A DNA stretch of 36,753 bases from Bacteroidota bacterium (GTDB lineage Bacteria; Bacteroidota; Bacteroidia; Bacteroidales; WCHB1-69), in NCBI GenBank assembly GCA_009787115.1, contig WRGQ01000168.1:1-36753 (forward strand), read 5' to 3'. The translations under genes were made by a program, and so were the position numbers. Every line of letters starts with the position of its first letter. Position 1 is the first letter of the stretch. A model generated the notes under the pieces. The model was not told the origin of the DNA, searched no databases, and was given only the letters and a program-made list of their open reading frames with translations. Shown here in pieces: positions 10,600 through 19,301 of the stretch.

Positions 10600-11141
10600 T
10601 TTTTGAACCAACATATATTAATGGACTTTCTGTAATTACATTAAATCCTTTTCAAGATATAAGAGGAGAATTACTTAAACCGTTTAATACAGAGATGTAT
10701 CAGTATGGAATTTCAAACAATGTAAACCTGAATATTAAGGAAGTCTGGTTTACAAAATCAAAAAAAGATGTCATTCGTGCCATGCATTTGCAAGTAGGAG
10801 CATTTGCCTGTGAAAAAATTGTTACCATTATTCAAGGTAAAGTGCATGATGTTGTTTTGGATATTAGAGATAACTCCCCCACGTATGGACAATATTTTGA
10901 TATTATTTTGGACGAAAAATCTCCAAAAGCGCTCTACATTCCAATAGGATGCGCACATGGATATAAAATTTTGAATAACAATTCTATAGTAATGTACATG
11001 GCAACACAATTGCATGTAGCGAAAGATGATGTGGGTATTCGATACAATAGTTTCGGATTTGACTGGGGTATTGAAAACCCAATTTTATCGGAGAAAGATA
11101 AAAATTTACCTCTCTTTGGCGAATATAAATTTAATTATTAA
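10596..11141 (+). CDS. RmlC-like NDP-4-keto-6-deoxyhexose 3(,5)-epimerase
   Basis: F.D.RG, SKKDVIRAMH.Q, DVVLDIR..SPTYG, IP.GCAHGY and PILSEKD. ATG at 10596 overlaps the rfbG stop (ATGA), so it is preferred to the ORF-track start at 10566. Confidence 0.88.
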   Translation: MIFEPTYINGLSVITLNPFQDIRGELLKPFNTEMYQYGISNNVNLNIKEVWFTKSKKDVIRAMHLQVGAFACEKIVTIIQGKVHDVVLDIRDNSPTYGQYFDIILDEKSPKALYIPIGCAHGYKILNNNSIVMYMATQLHVAKDDVGIRYNSFGFDWGIENPILSEKDKNLPLFGEYKFNY

Positions 11142-11146
11142 ACAAA

Positions 11147-12079
11147 ATGAAAATACTAGTAACCGGTGCAACCGGATACGTTGGACAAAATTTTATACCA
11201 AAGTTACTTCAGATTTTTCCGGAGTTGGAAATTTTAACAGTAAATCTTTCTGTTGAAGAAGCAAATACGCTGTTCCCATTCCAACAATGCAAACATATTT
11301 CTACCCAAGAAATGGCTTTCATTCAAGATTTTAACCCTCATCTTGTATATCATTTGGCAACCCTTTCAACCAGCAGAAACGATGAAGCTATTATCCATCC
11401 CATGTTGCAAGCCAACATTGAGTTTGGCGTAAAGTTGTTGCATCATCTCTCTTTTTGTAGCAATTTACAACTTTTTGTAAACATTGGTTCTTTTGCAGAA
11501 TACAATCAAGGTACCCAAAAAATAAGTAATAGTTACCTTTATTCTGCAACAAAATCTGCATTTCGACAATTCGTAGAATATTATGCTGTATTGTCCGGTT
11601 ATAAGGCTATTCATTTAGTTCCCTATTCTCTCTATGGAGGAAAAGATACTGCAAAAAAAATCATTGATTATATTCGCGAGTCTTTTGATTCGGAAACGCC
11701 GGTCAAAATGTCAAAAGGAGAGCAAATATTAGATTTTACTCATGTACAAGATCTTGTTTTTTTCTTTTTGTTAATTATTAAACAATTAGACAGATTTCTC
11801 CTATTCCCTGTTGGAGAAGAGTTTCATATTGGAACAGGCACAGGTACTTCCATTAGAGATTTAGCGAAGAAAATGGAAAAAGTTTTTGGGAAACAGTGCA
11901 ATGCTGATTGGGGTGGAATTCCTTATCGCCCATTAGATACTATGTATGCAGTGGCTCCTATTGAAAAAAATATTAAGTTATTGAATTGGAAAACCGCAAT
12001 CTCTCTTGATGAAGGTCTTGAAATGTATAAAGAAGCACATATTAAAACTATCCGTACAATTCCTCCTGAGTTACTTTAG
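11147..12079 (+). CDS. NAD-dependent epimerase/dehydratase family (extended SDR), likely CDP-4-keto-sugar reductase
   Basis: GATGYVG Rossmann motif, YSATK (YxxxK), GEQILDFTHV.D; resembles CDP-abequose/paratose synthase-type reductases. Confidence 0.8.
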   Translation: MKILVTGATGYVGQNFIPKLLQIFPELEILTVNLSVEEANTLFPFQQCKHISTQEMAFIQDFNPHLVYHLATLSTSRNDEAIIHPMLQANIEFGVKLLHHLSFCSNLQLFVNIGSFAEYNQGTQKISNSYLYSATKSAFRQFVEYYAVLSGYKAIHLVPYSLYGGKDTAKKIIDYIRESFDSETPVKMSKGEQILDFTHVQDLVFFFLLIIKQLDRFLLFPVGEEFHIGTGTGTSIRDLAKKMEKVFGKQCNADWGGIPYRPLDTMYAVAPIEKNIKLLNWKTAISLDEGLEMYKEAHIKTIRTIPPELL

Positions 12080-13034
12080 ATGCCTTTTTGGTAATCCATT
12101 CCGAAAGAAAGCCAAAACCATAACCGAATAATTGAATATAACTGGTTAGAATTGACATCAAAGCGATGTTAATTTTTTTGTTTTTAAATAAAGATTCAAG
12201 AAACAGAGCCAATACAAATATTCCTATCGGCAATAGCGGCAATGGATTGAATAAAATTAAACTTAACAGCAATAATGCAACATTTCCCAATGCAAAACAG
12301 GCAGGAAAAAGATGTATTAATTTTAATGATCCCGGATGTAACCTTGACAATAAAACCCTTGCTTTCCCAAAAGTAGTAACCTGTTTTAAAAATTTCTTCA
12401 AATCAAGTTTACGTTTGTGAAAAACAAAAGCATCTTTAAAGAGCATTACACGAAAACCGGCATTTTTAATGCGAATACTCAAATCTAGATCTTCTCCTAT
12501 CACATTTCTAAAACCGCCAACTGTTTCAAACACTTGTTTCGACATTCCCATATTAAAAGAACGGGGAAAAAACTTCTCAACTTTGTAGGTATTTCCTCTA
12601 ATCCCACCGGTAGTCATCAAAGAGGTCATTGCAAAATTAATTGCTTTTTGTGTGTTGCTGAACGATTGATCGGCATTATCGGGACCACCGTAGCAATCCA
12701 CATAATCGGAAGTTAATTTTTTTCTAACAATTTCAAAATAACGAGGAGGAACAATACAATCGGTATCAAAAATGATAAAGTAATTTCCTTGTGCGTGTTG
12801 CATAGCAAAATTTCGTTTTTCGCTACGTCCCGAAGGAGGAACAAAATAATAGGCAATATTCAATTTACCGGCATATTGCTCACAAACCTTTTTACAAGGC
12901 GCTTGTAAACTGTCTTCTACTACAATGACATCAAAATTTAAATCCGTCTGAGTGGTTAGGCTATTTAGAAATTCTATAACCTCATCGGGCGTATTATAAA
13001 CAGTAATAATAATAGAAAAATATAAATCGGTCAT
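12048..13034 (-). CDS. Glycosyltransferase family 2 with C-terminal membrane segment
   Basis: FSIII.VYN, IIFDTDC, GGPD, PRSFNMG, GEDLDLS, V.HKR; conserved Bacteroidota GT2. Confidence 0.88.
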   Translation of the reverse strand: MTDLYFSIIITVYNTPDEVIEFLNSLTTQTDLNFDVIVVEDSLQAPCKKVCEQYAGKLNIAYYFVPPSGRSEKRNFAMQHAQGNYFIIFDTDCIVPPRYFEIVRKKLTSDYVDCYGGPDNADQSFSNTQKAINFAMTSLMTTGGIRGNTYKVEKFFPRSFNMGMSKQVFETVGGFRNVIGEDLDLSIRIKNAGFRVMLFKDAFVFHKRKLDLKKFLKQVTTFGKARVLLSRLHPGSLKLIHLFPACFALGNVALLLLSLILFNPLPLLPIGIFVLALFLESLFKNKKINIALMSILTSYIQLFGYGFGFLSEWITKKASKVTQEELYG

Positions 13035-13080
13035 TCTGTTTTTGTGCGCAAAATAAGTAGAAATAATGAATAAATTTTGC

Positions 13081-13088
13081 TACTTTTG
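13081..13088 (+). promoter_or_regulatory. -7 promoter element (TACTTTTG) for ugd
   Basis: TAnnTTTG about 30 bp before the ATG. Confidence 0.65.
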
Positions 13089-13118
13089 CACTTTTATTTT
13101 AATAAAACCTAAATAAGT

Positions 13119-14441
13119 ATGAAAATTGCAATAGTAGGAACAGGATATGTGGGTTTGGTAACTGCCACTTGTTTGGCAGAAGTAGGTCTTAATTTAATCT
13201 GTGTTGATGTAGATGAGGCTAAAATAGAGAAACTTAAAAAAGGAATTTCTCCGATTTATGAACCCGGATTAAATGATATGCTTCAACAGAATATCAAAAA
13301 AGGGAGATTAATTTTTACTACCTCTTTGGCTGAGGTTATGCCGGAAGTAGATGTACTTTTTTCCGCAGTAGGAACGCCACCCGATGAAGACGGTAGCGCC
13401 GATTTGCAATATGTGCTCGATGTTGCTAGAACCATTGGCGCAAATATGCAGAAATATGCACTTGTTATCACTAAAAGTACGGTACCTGTGGGTACTGCAA
13501 AATTGGTCAGCAATGCAGTGCAACAGGAACTTGATAAACGAGGAGCCCGAATAGAATTTGATGTAGCCTCAAATCCCGAATTTTTGAGAGAGGGAGATGC
13601 GATTAATGATTTTATGAAACCCGATAGGATTGTTTGCGGCGTAAGTTCAGCCAAAGCACAGAAAATATTAGAAAAAATTTATGCCCCCTTCATTTTGAAT
13701 GGACACCCTGTGATTTTTACAGATATTGCTTCTGCTGAGATGATTAAGTATGCAGCAAATGCCATGCTGGCTACCCGAATCAGTTTTATGAACGATATTG
13801 CAAATCTTTGTGAAATTGTGGGTGCAGACGTAAATATGGTGCGAAAAGGAATCGGCAGCGATACCCGCATCGGCAGCAAATTCCTCTATGCCGGCGTTGG
13901 CTACGGCGGCTCCTGTTTCCCAAAAGATGTGAAAGCGTTGATTAAAACTGCCGACGGCTACGGATACACTTTGGAAATCTTAAAAGCGGTTGAAAAAGTG
14001 AATGATAAACAAAAAATAGTTTTGTTTAATAAACTAAACAAATATTTTCAAGGAGATTTAAAAGGGAAACACATCGCTTTGTTGGGTTTGGCATTTAGAC
14101 CCAATACCGATGATATGCGGGAAGCCCCCGCTCTGTCGCTCATCGAAAAATTGAACGAAGCCGGTTGCTCCATCTATGCTTACGATCCGGTTGCTATGGA
14201 AGAGTCCAAACGCAAAATCGGCAATGTCGTACATTATTGCAAAGATTTATATGAAACTTTGAAGAATGCCGACGCCATGTTGCTCGTAACCGAATGGACG
14301 GAGTTTAGAATTTTAGATCTGAAAAAAGTAAAATCATTGATGAAAAACGCTGTTATTTTTGACGGTAGAAATATTTATAACGAACAGGAAATGAAAGATA
14401 ACGGCATAGTTTATTTCTGTATCGGCAAAAAATCAAAATAA
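13119..14441 (+). CDS. ugd: UDP-glucose 6-dehydrogenase
   Basis: GTGYVGL, AVGTP, KSTVPVGT, SNPEFLREG, KYAANA.LA.RISF.N, GYGGSCFPKD (catalytic Cys), DGRN. Confidence 0.95.
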   Translation: MKIAIVGTGYVGLVTATCLAEVGLNLICVDVDEAKIEKLKKGISPIYEPGLNDMLQQNIKKGRLIFTTSLAEVMPEVDVLFSAVGTPPDEDGSADLQYVLDVARTIGANMQKYALVITKSTVPVGTAKLVSNAVQQELDKRGARIEFDVASNPEFLREGDAINDFMKPDRIVCGVSSAKAQKILEKIYAPFILNGHPVIFTDIASAEMIKYAANAMLATRISFMNDIANLCEIVGADVNMVRKGIGSDTRIGSKFLYAGVGYGGSCFPKDVKALIKTADGYGYTLEILKAVEKVNDKQKIVLFNKLNKYFQGDLKGKHIALLGLAFRPNTDDMREAPALSLIEKLNEAGCSIYAYDPVAMEESKRKIGNVVHYCKDLYETLKNADAMLLVTEWTEFRILDLKKVKSLMKNAVIFDGRNIYNEQEMKDNGIVYFCIGKKSK

Positions 14442-14470
14442 AATTAAGATCAAAAGTTTATAACAGAATA

Positions 14471-17400
14471 TTATAACTCATAAAATGCCCCCGCAGGCGT
14501 AATTTTTCCATTTACCTCATCAGAAAGCGTTGCAGAAAATATAATTACCTTTTTATCTTTGGGTAAAACAATCTGGGTAGTTTCCGATGTAATCGGAATA
14601 GCAATTTTATACATATAGGTATAGATATACGATTCGTTTCCGGTGGTGCGGTCGTGGCGGTGAGTTCCTACGTATGCCACATTGGCATCACGTTGATAAG
14701 CAGGCTTTTCTGCCGTGTACCACTGTCCGTAAAAGTCTGAAAAATAAGGAATATGACAGGTTACTGTTTTTTCATTAACAATATATGTTGCATCACTGCC
14801 CTCTTTTTCAGCGGACGCCGCCAGCAAATACAATGTTTTGTAGTTCTTTGCCTCGGCAGGCAGCGTAATGATGTTGCTGTCGCATAAAATAATGTTGTTC
14901 CAGCCAAACTGTCCGAATTTAAAAGGAGTTCCTTCGCTGTACAGCGTTTCGGGAAGCAGTTCGTAAGCGTAAGTATGTTCTTTCCCGTCCACATTGCCGG
15001 TGCGCAAAAAGTTGTCCATAGTGTAACCCTCCGCATTAAAGGGCAAGTCTATTATCAATGATTTTGGAGTAGCGAGTTTGGTGGCGGACGTTTCAAACCA
15101 CACACGATAAGTTTTTGGTTTATATGCAGTTGTATTGACAATTAATTTATTACCGGAAAATGTTGCCGCGCCGATCTCCTCCTCAATTCCGTTTGTTTCT
15201 ACCGCTTTTTTAATCGGAAAAGCAAATATAATTTCTCCATTATTAACCGATTGACCGGCAGTTTCATAAATACGAACCACATAGCCGTTGCCGTCATCCG
15301 CTTTTTTAAACGCTTTGATTTCCATATTGGCAACGTCGTATTTTACAAAAGAGAACATTTTTGTTTTTCCGGTGTGTGCGTTTGTGTTAAAAGCGAACAG
15401 CGGATTATTCATAGCGTCTGCCTTACGCACAGAGCCTGCCTCTGCAAAATCACCCTGATGTCCCATAATGGAAAAGGTAAAATGGTGTTTTCCCAAATCC
15501 TGTCTATTTTGATAGATATATCTTTTCTCGGTTTTCGGCGTGTGCAACAACGTTAAACGCAGGGTGTTGTCGTTGGGTTTGTCCCAGCCGTACTTGCAGT
15601 TATTCATAATGGTAACGCCATATTCACCGGAAACATCGGTTAAGTCTGCCCATTGCTGTGCAAAAACTTCGTAGGCAATATCGGTGTTGTTTCCGCGCTC
15701 TATAGAACCCATTCCAATATCGTAACGTGCATTGGGATTGGATACTGCAAGCGGGAACTCCGCTTTTAGCAGTGCATTTTGGGTCTGCCAGTCAATATCA
15801 TTCATAATATCAATTCTGTCGTCGTTTGCGCCTTCGGTTAAACGGATGGTTTGCTTAAATGTAGAGTTACCATACGTTTTTTCAATGATTAAAGTAGCAA
15901 AAACCTCGCCCACTGTGCCTTTGCTGATTTTCACATTTTCGGTAATGGAAATAGGCTCTCTGTCAATGGTTTCTTTAAGGATTTCCCACGCAGGCCAATT
16001 TTTCGATTCATTTTCGGTGAACAGTGCCAAACGGATGGGGTGGTTGGCTTTCACCAATTCTTTTTTTGCTTTTTTATCGTAAATAGAAACAATGTCACCG
16101 TTATTATCCAACGTTATTTTGTAACAACTGTTTTCAATGGCGCTGAGATTGTCGCCCACGCTAACTTTCAGATTTGTAGATTTTCCTTGCGCTCCCGGAC
16201 AAACATCATACACCGAAAAACTCATGGGGGGTACGTTTGCCGCGAAAGCAACGGTGGCTTTTCTGTCTTCGTAATTATAATCCATAAGTTGTGCTTTTAT
16301 TTTTTCGCCGTTGGGTGCGTAAACAGTTACTCCTAAAACATTACTCTGCATAGGCACTGTTGCCACCACCACCTCTTTTCTTTGTTGTGCCAATGAATTA
16401 TACACAATCACAGGCTTCCCTTTTCCCTGTGTATTCAATTGTTGTGCAATATTTTGTGTAGAAGCCGTAATCATATCGCTGAGTTGATTCATACACAAAA
16501 TCTCATCATTCCACGAGTAGGTATAGGCTTCGGGGATGCTGGTGCCGGTCAGGTCGTCGTGAAACTGATGCCACAGAAAACGTTTCCAATTCTCCGTCAA
16601 TTTTTCTGCAGGATAAGATAATCCGCCCATTTGGTCTGCAATAGCGGCTGTGGTTTCGGCGGCAACCGCCAACTGTTCGTTTCTTCTGTTGTACTGTTTC
16701 ATAGCAGCCTGCGAAGTGTAGCAACCGGTGGCGTGTACATCCATCGTAAGTTCTCCGTTATAAACCGGCAGTTCGGGATGATCTTCGTAGGGCAGGTACT
16801 CCTTAAAAAGTTGGTCGGAGGTAGCGCTAACAATTTTTAAAGGACCTTGCGGATGGGTGATACTTTTTTCGATGGAAACCACTGAGCGCACGGTGGGCGA
16901 GCCGCCGATATCGCCGGTGCCATAATACCGAAATGCCTTATTGTTAGGTGATTCAGCCGCTAATTTCAATAACTCTTCATCAGCGGTAATATCGTTCCCA
17001 TCGTAGCGCTTTACGTATGCCCTACCATCTAACGCGGCAATGATTTTCGAGCCGTCAATCCCTTGCCACAAGCCTATTTTGAAAGGCATTTTCAAATCTC
17101 CGTGAAACGGTTTGGCGCGCCATTGCAGTTTTTGTGTAGAGAAACCTATCAATCCGCAGTGTGCAGCCAAAGTGGGCAATTGCCAACCAAATCCGAAACA
17201 GTCGGGAAGAAAAACATCGGTTGACTTTACGCCAAACTCCTCCTGATACAACTTTTGCGCCAGCAATACGCTTCTAAAGAAAGATTCCGGAGCCGGCATA
17301 TTAGGGTCGGCAGCATCCCACGAAGCGCCCGAAATGTGCCATCTGCCATTCTTAATGTAGGGTTTTATTTTTTCATATTCAGCGGGATAATACTCTTTCA

Positions 17401-17644
17401 TCCACGCATATTTAATTCCTCCTTCAAAATTGAAAACATAATCGGGATAACGCTCCAACAACCACAAATTTTGGGTTAATGTATTTTTAACAAAAGCATC
17501 AATAGAGAGGCGTACATCCCAGTTCCACTGCGAGTCTAAATGCGCATTGGAAACCATATAAACCGTGCCTTGAGGTTGCGCAAATCCTGTTGAAGTAGAA
17601 AGCAGAAGGCAGAAAACAGAAAGATAAAAAGTAATCTTTTTCAT
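14471..17644 (-). CDS. GH38 alpha-mannosidase, secreted
   Basis: AHLDSQWNW, LPDCFGF (nucleophile), YG.GD.GG and QFHDDLTGTS motifs. The ATG at 17644 gives the signal peptide MKKITFYLSVFCLLLSTSTGFAQ and lies downstream of a -7 element. Confidence 0.92.
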   Translation of the reverse strand: MKKITFYLSVFCLLLSTSTGFAQPQGTVYMVSNAHLDSQWNWDVRLSIDAFVKNTLTQNLWLLERYPDYVFNFEGGIKYAWMKEYYPAEYEKIKPYIKNGRWHISGASWDAADPNMPAPESFFRSVLLAQKLYQEEFGVKSTDVFLPDCFGFGWQLPTLAAHCGLIGFSTQKLQWRAKPFHGDLKMPFKIGLWQGIDGSKIIAALDGRAYVKRYDGNDITADEELLKLAAESPNNKAFRYYGTGDIGGSPTVRSVVSIEKSITHPQGPLKIVSATSDQLFKEYLPYEDHPELPVYNGELTMDVHATGCYTSQAAMKQYNRRNEQLAVAAETTAAIADQMGGLSYPAEKLTENWKRFLWHQFHDDLTGTSIPEAYTYSWNDEILCMNQLSDMITASTQNIAQQLNTQGKGKPVIVYNSLAQQRKEVVVATVPMQSNVLGVTVYAPNGEKIKAQLMDYNYEDRKATVAFAANVPPMSFSVYDVCPGAQGKSTNLKVSVGDNLSAIENSCYKITLDNNGDIVSIYDKKAKKELVKANHPIRLALFTENESKNWPAWEILKETIDREPISITENVKISKGTVGEVFATLIIEKTYGNSTFKQTIRLTEGANDDRIDIMNDIDWQTQNALLKAEFPLAVSNPNARYDIGMGSIERGNNTDIAYEVFAQQWADLTDVSGEYGVTIMNNCKYGWDKPNDNTLRLTLLHTPKTEKRYIYQNRQDLGKHHFTFSIMGHQGDFAEAGSVRKADAMNNPLFAFNTNAHTGKTKMFSFVKYDVANMEIKAFKKADDGNGYVVRIYETAGQSVNNGEIIFAFPIKKAVETNGIEEEIGAATFSGNKLIVNTTAYKPKTYRVWFETSATKLATPKSLIIDLPFNAEGYTMDNFLRTGNVDGKEHTYAYELLPETLYSEGTPFKFGQFGWNNIILCDSNIITLPAEAKNYKTLYLLAASAEKEGSDATYIVNEKTVTCHIPYFSDFYGQWYTAEKPAYQRDANVAYVGTHRHDRTTGNESYIYTYMYKIAIPITSETTQIVLPKDKKVIIFSATLSDEVNGKITPAGAFYEL

Positions 17645-17667
17645 GTAAAATTGTTTTTTATTGTTGG

Positions 17668-17675
17668 CAAAAATA
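17668..17675 (-). promoter_or_regulatory. -7 promoter element (TATTTTTG) for the GH38 gene
   Basis: Reverse complement of caaaaata, about 24 bp upstream of ATG 17644. Confidence 0.65.
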
Positions 17676-17737
17676 GTAACTTTTGTGCAAAAAAGACTAA
17701 TAATACACAAAAAACTATTGCTATCTAAAAAAAATGT

Positions 17738-17745
17738 TATTTTTG
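17738..17745 (+). promoter_or_regulatory. -7 promoter element (TATTTTTG) for the tRNA
   Basis: TAnnTTTG about 10 bp upstream of the tRNA 5' end. Confidence 0.7.
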
Positions 17746-17754
17746 CCACCGTAT

Positions 17755-17826
<72 letters not shown>

Positions 17827-17830
17827 CTTG

Positions 17831-17871
17831 AAAAATCCTAACATTTTGATTGTAAAATTGTTAGGATTTTT
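17831..17871 (+). terminator. Hairpin immediately downstream of the tRNA (probable intrinsic terminator)
   Basis: AAAAATCCTAACA (17831-17843) / TGTTAGGATTTTT (17859-17871), a 13-bp perfect inverted repeat with T-rich tail. Confidence 0.7.
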
Positions 17872-17975
17872 GATTTTATGTTTTGCACCACACTTGCACA
17901 ACATCAAATTAAAATACCCCAAATTTTTATCAATTCAGGGTGTTTTTTAACAGAAAAAATTAATAATTACAAAGA

Positions 17976-18050
17976 TTATTTAGCAGAGAGATGCACCGTA
18001 TTTATTTTCTCACGCTGTTTAAAATAAGCAACAATTTCTTCTTTGCTCAT
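17976..18050 (-). pseudogene. C-terminal remnant of a small putative antitoxin partner (MSKEEIVAYFKQREKINTVHLSAK*)
   Basis: Begins where the PIN reading frame breaks off; resembles the 'M[ST]KEEI..YF' tail of small proteins encoded downstream of this PIN family (from recall, unverified). Confidence 0.4.
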
Positions 18051-18392
18051 ACGAAATAATCGGCTTTGTGAATGGTGGCTAATGCAATATGTAAACAGTC
18101 GGAATAACTTGTTTGTCCCACTACCCGTTCTGTGATATATTCTGTTGCCAATTCAACAGCTTCATCTGAGGTGTCAATAAATTGAGTAGAAGCGGCTTTA
18201 ATTTGAGTTACCAAACCTTTTACTTGTTGAGGGGTATTTTCAAGTTCATCTTGAGTAAGATTAGAAAAGAGCAAAATAAACTCATCATTGGTAATTCTAT
18301 CAAAAAGAGGTTTGGTGTATTGTTCAAACTCCTCATCGTAGTAGCCGCCAAAAACCGATGTATCTAAAATAGATTTTTATTTTGTTGGACAT
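18047..18392 (-). pseudogene. PIN-domain (VapC-like) toxin, frameshifted and C-terminally truncated
   Basis: Removing one T from TATTTTAGAT (about 18366-18369) restores MSNKIKIYLDTSVFGGYYDEEF...DELE...DCLHIALATIHKADYFV*, with the PIN acidic residues. The expected SWNFKH tail is missing. Promoter-like TATTTTCG at 18411-18418 (-). Confidence 0.85.
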
Positions 18393-18428
18393 AACTCATT
18401 ATTTCAAGTACGAAAATATAATTTTTTG

Positions 18429-18519
18429 TTTATCAAGAGGACAATCCATACAGCATAGGAGAGCGGTGGGCGGTAAGCGGTAAGCGGTGAAAATCTTACG
18501 GTCTTGCGCTCTTGATAAA
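18429..18519. repeat. 91-bp element with 11-bp terminal inverted repeats enclosing four GCGGTRR heptamers
   Basis: TTTATCAAGAG (18429-18439) / CTCTTGATAAA (18509-18519); GCGGTGG-GCGGTAA-GCGGTAA-GCGGTGA at 18463-18490. Confidence 0.8.
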
Positions 18520-18555
18520 AATAGTGCTTTAGAAGAATACTTAACTTTTTTTTTC

Positions 18556-18563
18556 TATTTTTG
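18556..18563 (+). promoter_or_regulatory. -7 promoter element (TATTTTTG) for the 18614-21853 operon
   Basis: TAnnTTTG about 50 bp before the ATG. Confidence 0.6.
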
Positions 18564-18613
18564 CTCGCCTTTAAGAAAGCGTTAATTGAAAATCAAATTA
18601 ATTTAACAATAGT

Positions 18614-19291
18614 ATGAAAGTTAAAACTTTATTCAACATCTTATTAATTGTAGTAGCGTTATTACTTGCGCTACTTGCGACACGTAGTATTCTACGTCCG
18701 GAAAGATACAAAACTGCTTATAATCAACGTGCCGGAGAAATAAAAGCGCGGCTGATTACCATTCGTGCCATTCAGGCAGTATATCGTGCCGAATTTAAAA
18801 AATATGCCGGCGATATTGACACTTTAGTTGATTTCGTAAATAATGGCGTAGTGCAAATTATTAAAACCACCGGTGAAATTCCTGAAAATATGACGGAAGA
18901 GGCTGCCTTCAAAGCAGGCTTGATCAAGAAATCTGTGGAGAAGATTCCCGCAAAAGATAAAATAGTAGAATCTGACCCGAATGTGAATTACGAAAGTTTG
19001 AAAAACTTTGAATTTATTCCCTATTGTGATGGCAAAAAGTTTGAAATCCAATTGGGAAAATTAACCAGTAAAACTTATGAAATCCCTGTTTATAGAATTG
19101 ATGTACCGTTAGATGATATTTTAGCTAACTTGAATAAAACCATCACGCCCAAAGAAGCTAATATGTTTACTAAACTAGCAAACAAACTGTTTTATAGTGG
19201 GTTAGCAAACGAAACGCAATATAAATCGCAATATAAACCGATGTGGTTGGGCTCATTAATGGATTCCGGTACATCGGGCAGTTGGGAATAA
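18614..19291 (+). CDS. Conserved Bacteroidota hypothetical protein with N-terminal TM anchor
   Basis: N-terminal TM helix, SI..P, L..IR..Q..YR...KYA...DTL.DFV..G and C-terminal GSL....TSGSWE, typical of the conserved gene I recall next to DUF3822. Confidence 0.75.
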   Translation: MKVKTLFNILLIVVALLLALLATRSILRPERYKTAYNQRAGEIKARLITIRAIQAVYRAEFKKYAGDIDTLVDFVNNGVVQIIKTTGEIPENMTEEAAFKAGLIKKSVEKIPAKDKIVESDPNVNYESLKNFEFIPYCDGKKFEIQLGKLTSKTYEIPVYRIDVPLDDILANLNKTITPKEANMFTKLANKLFYSGLANETQYKSQYKPMWLGSLMDSGTSGSWE

Positions 19292-19301
19292 TTATTTTAT
19301 T

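Noticed and set aside
17645-17749. ORF-track N-terminal extension of the GH38 gene
   Set aside because: It covers the divergent promoters; the signal peptide starts at 17644.
17827-18613. Intact prophage, ICE or IS at the tRNA
   Set aside because: Under 800 bp, with no integrase or transposase and no duplicated att core seen; reported only as a possible scar.
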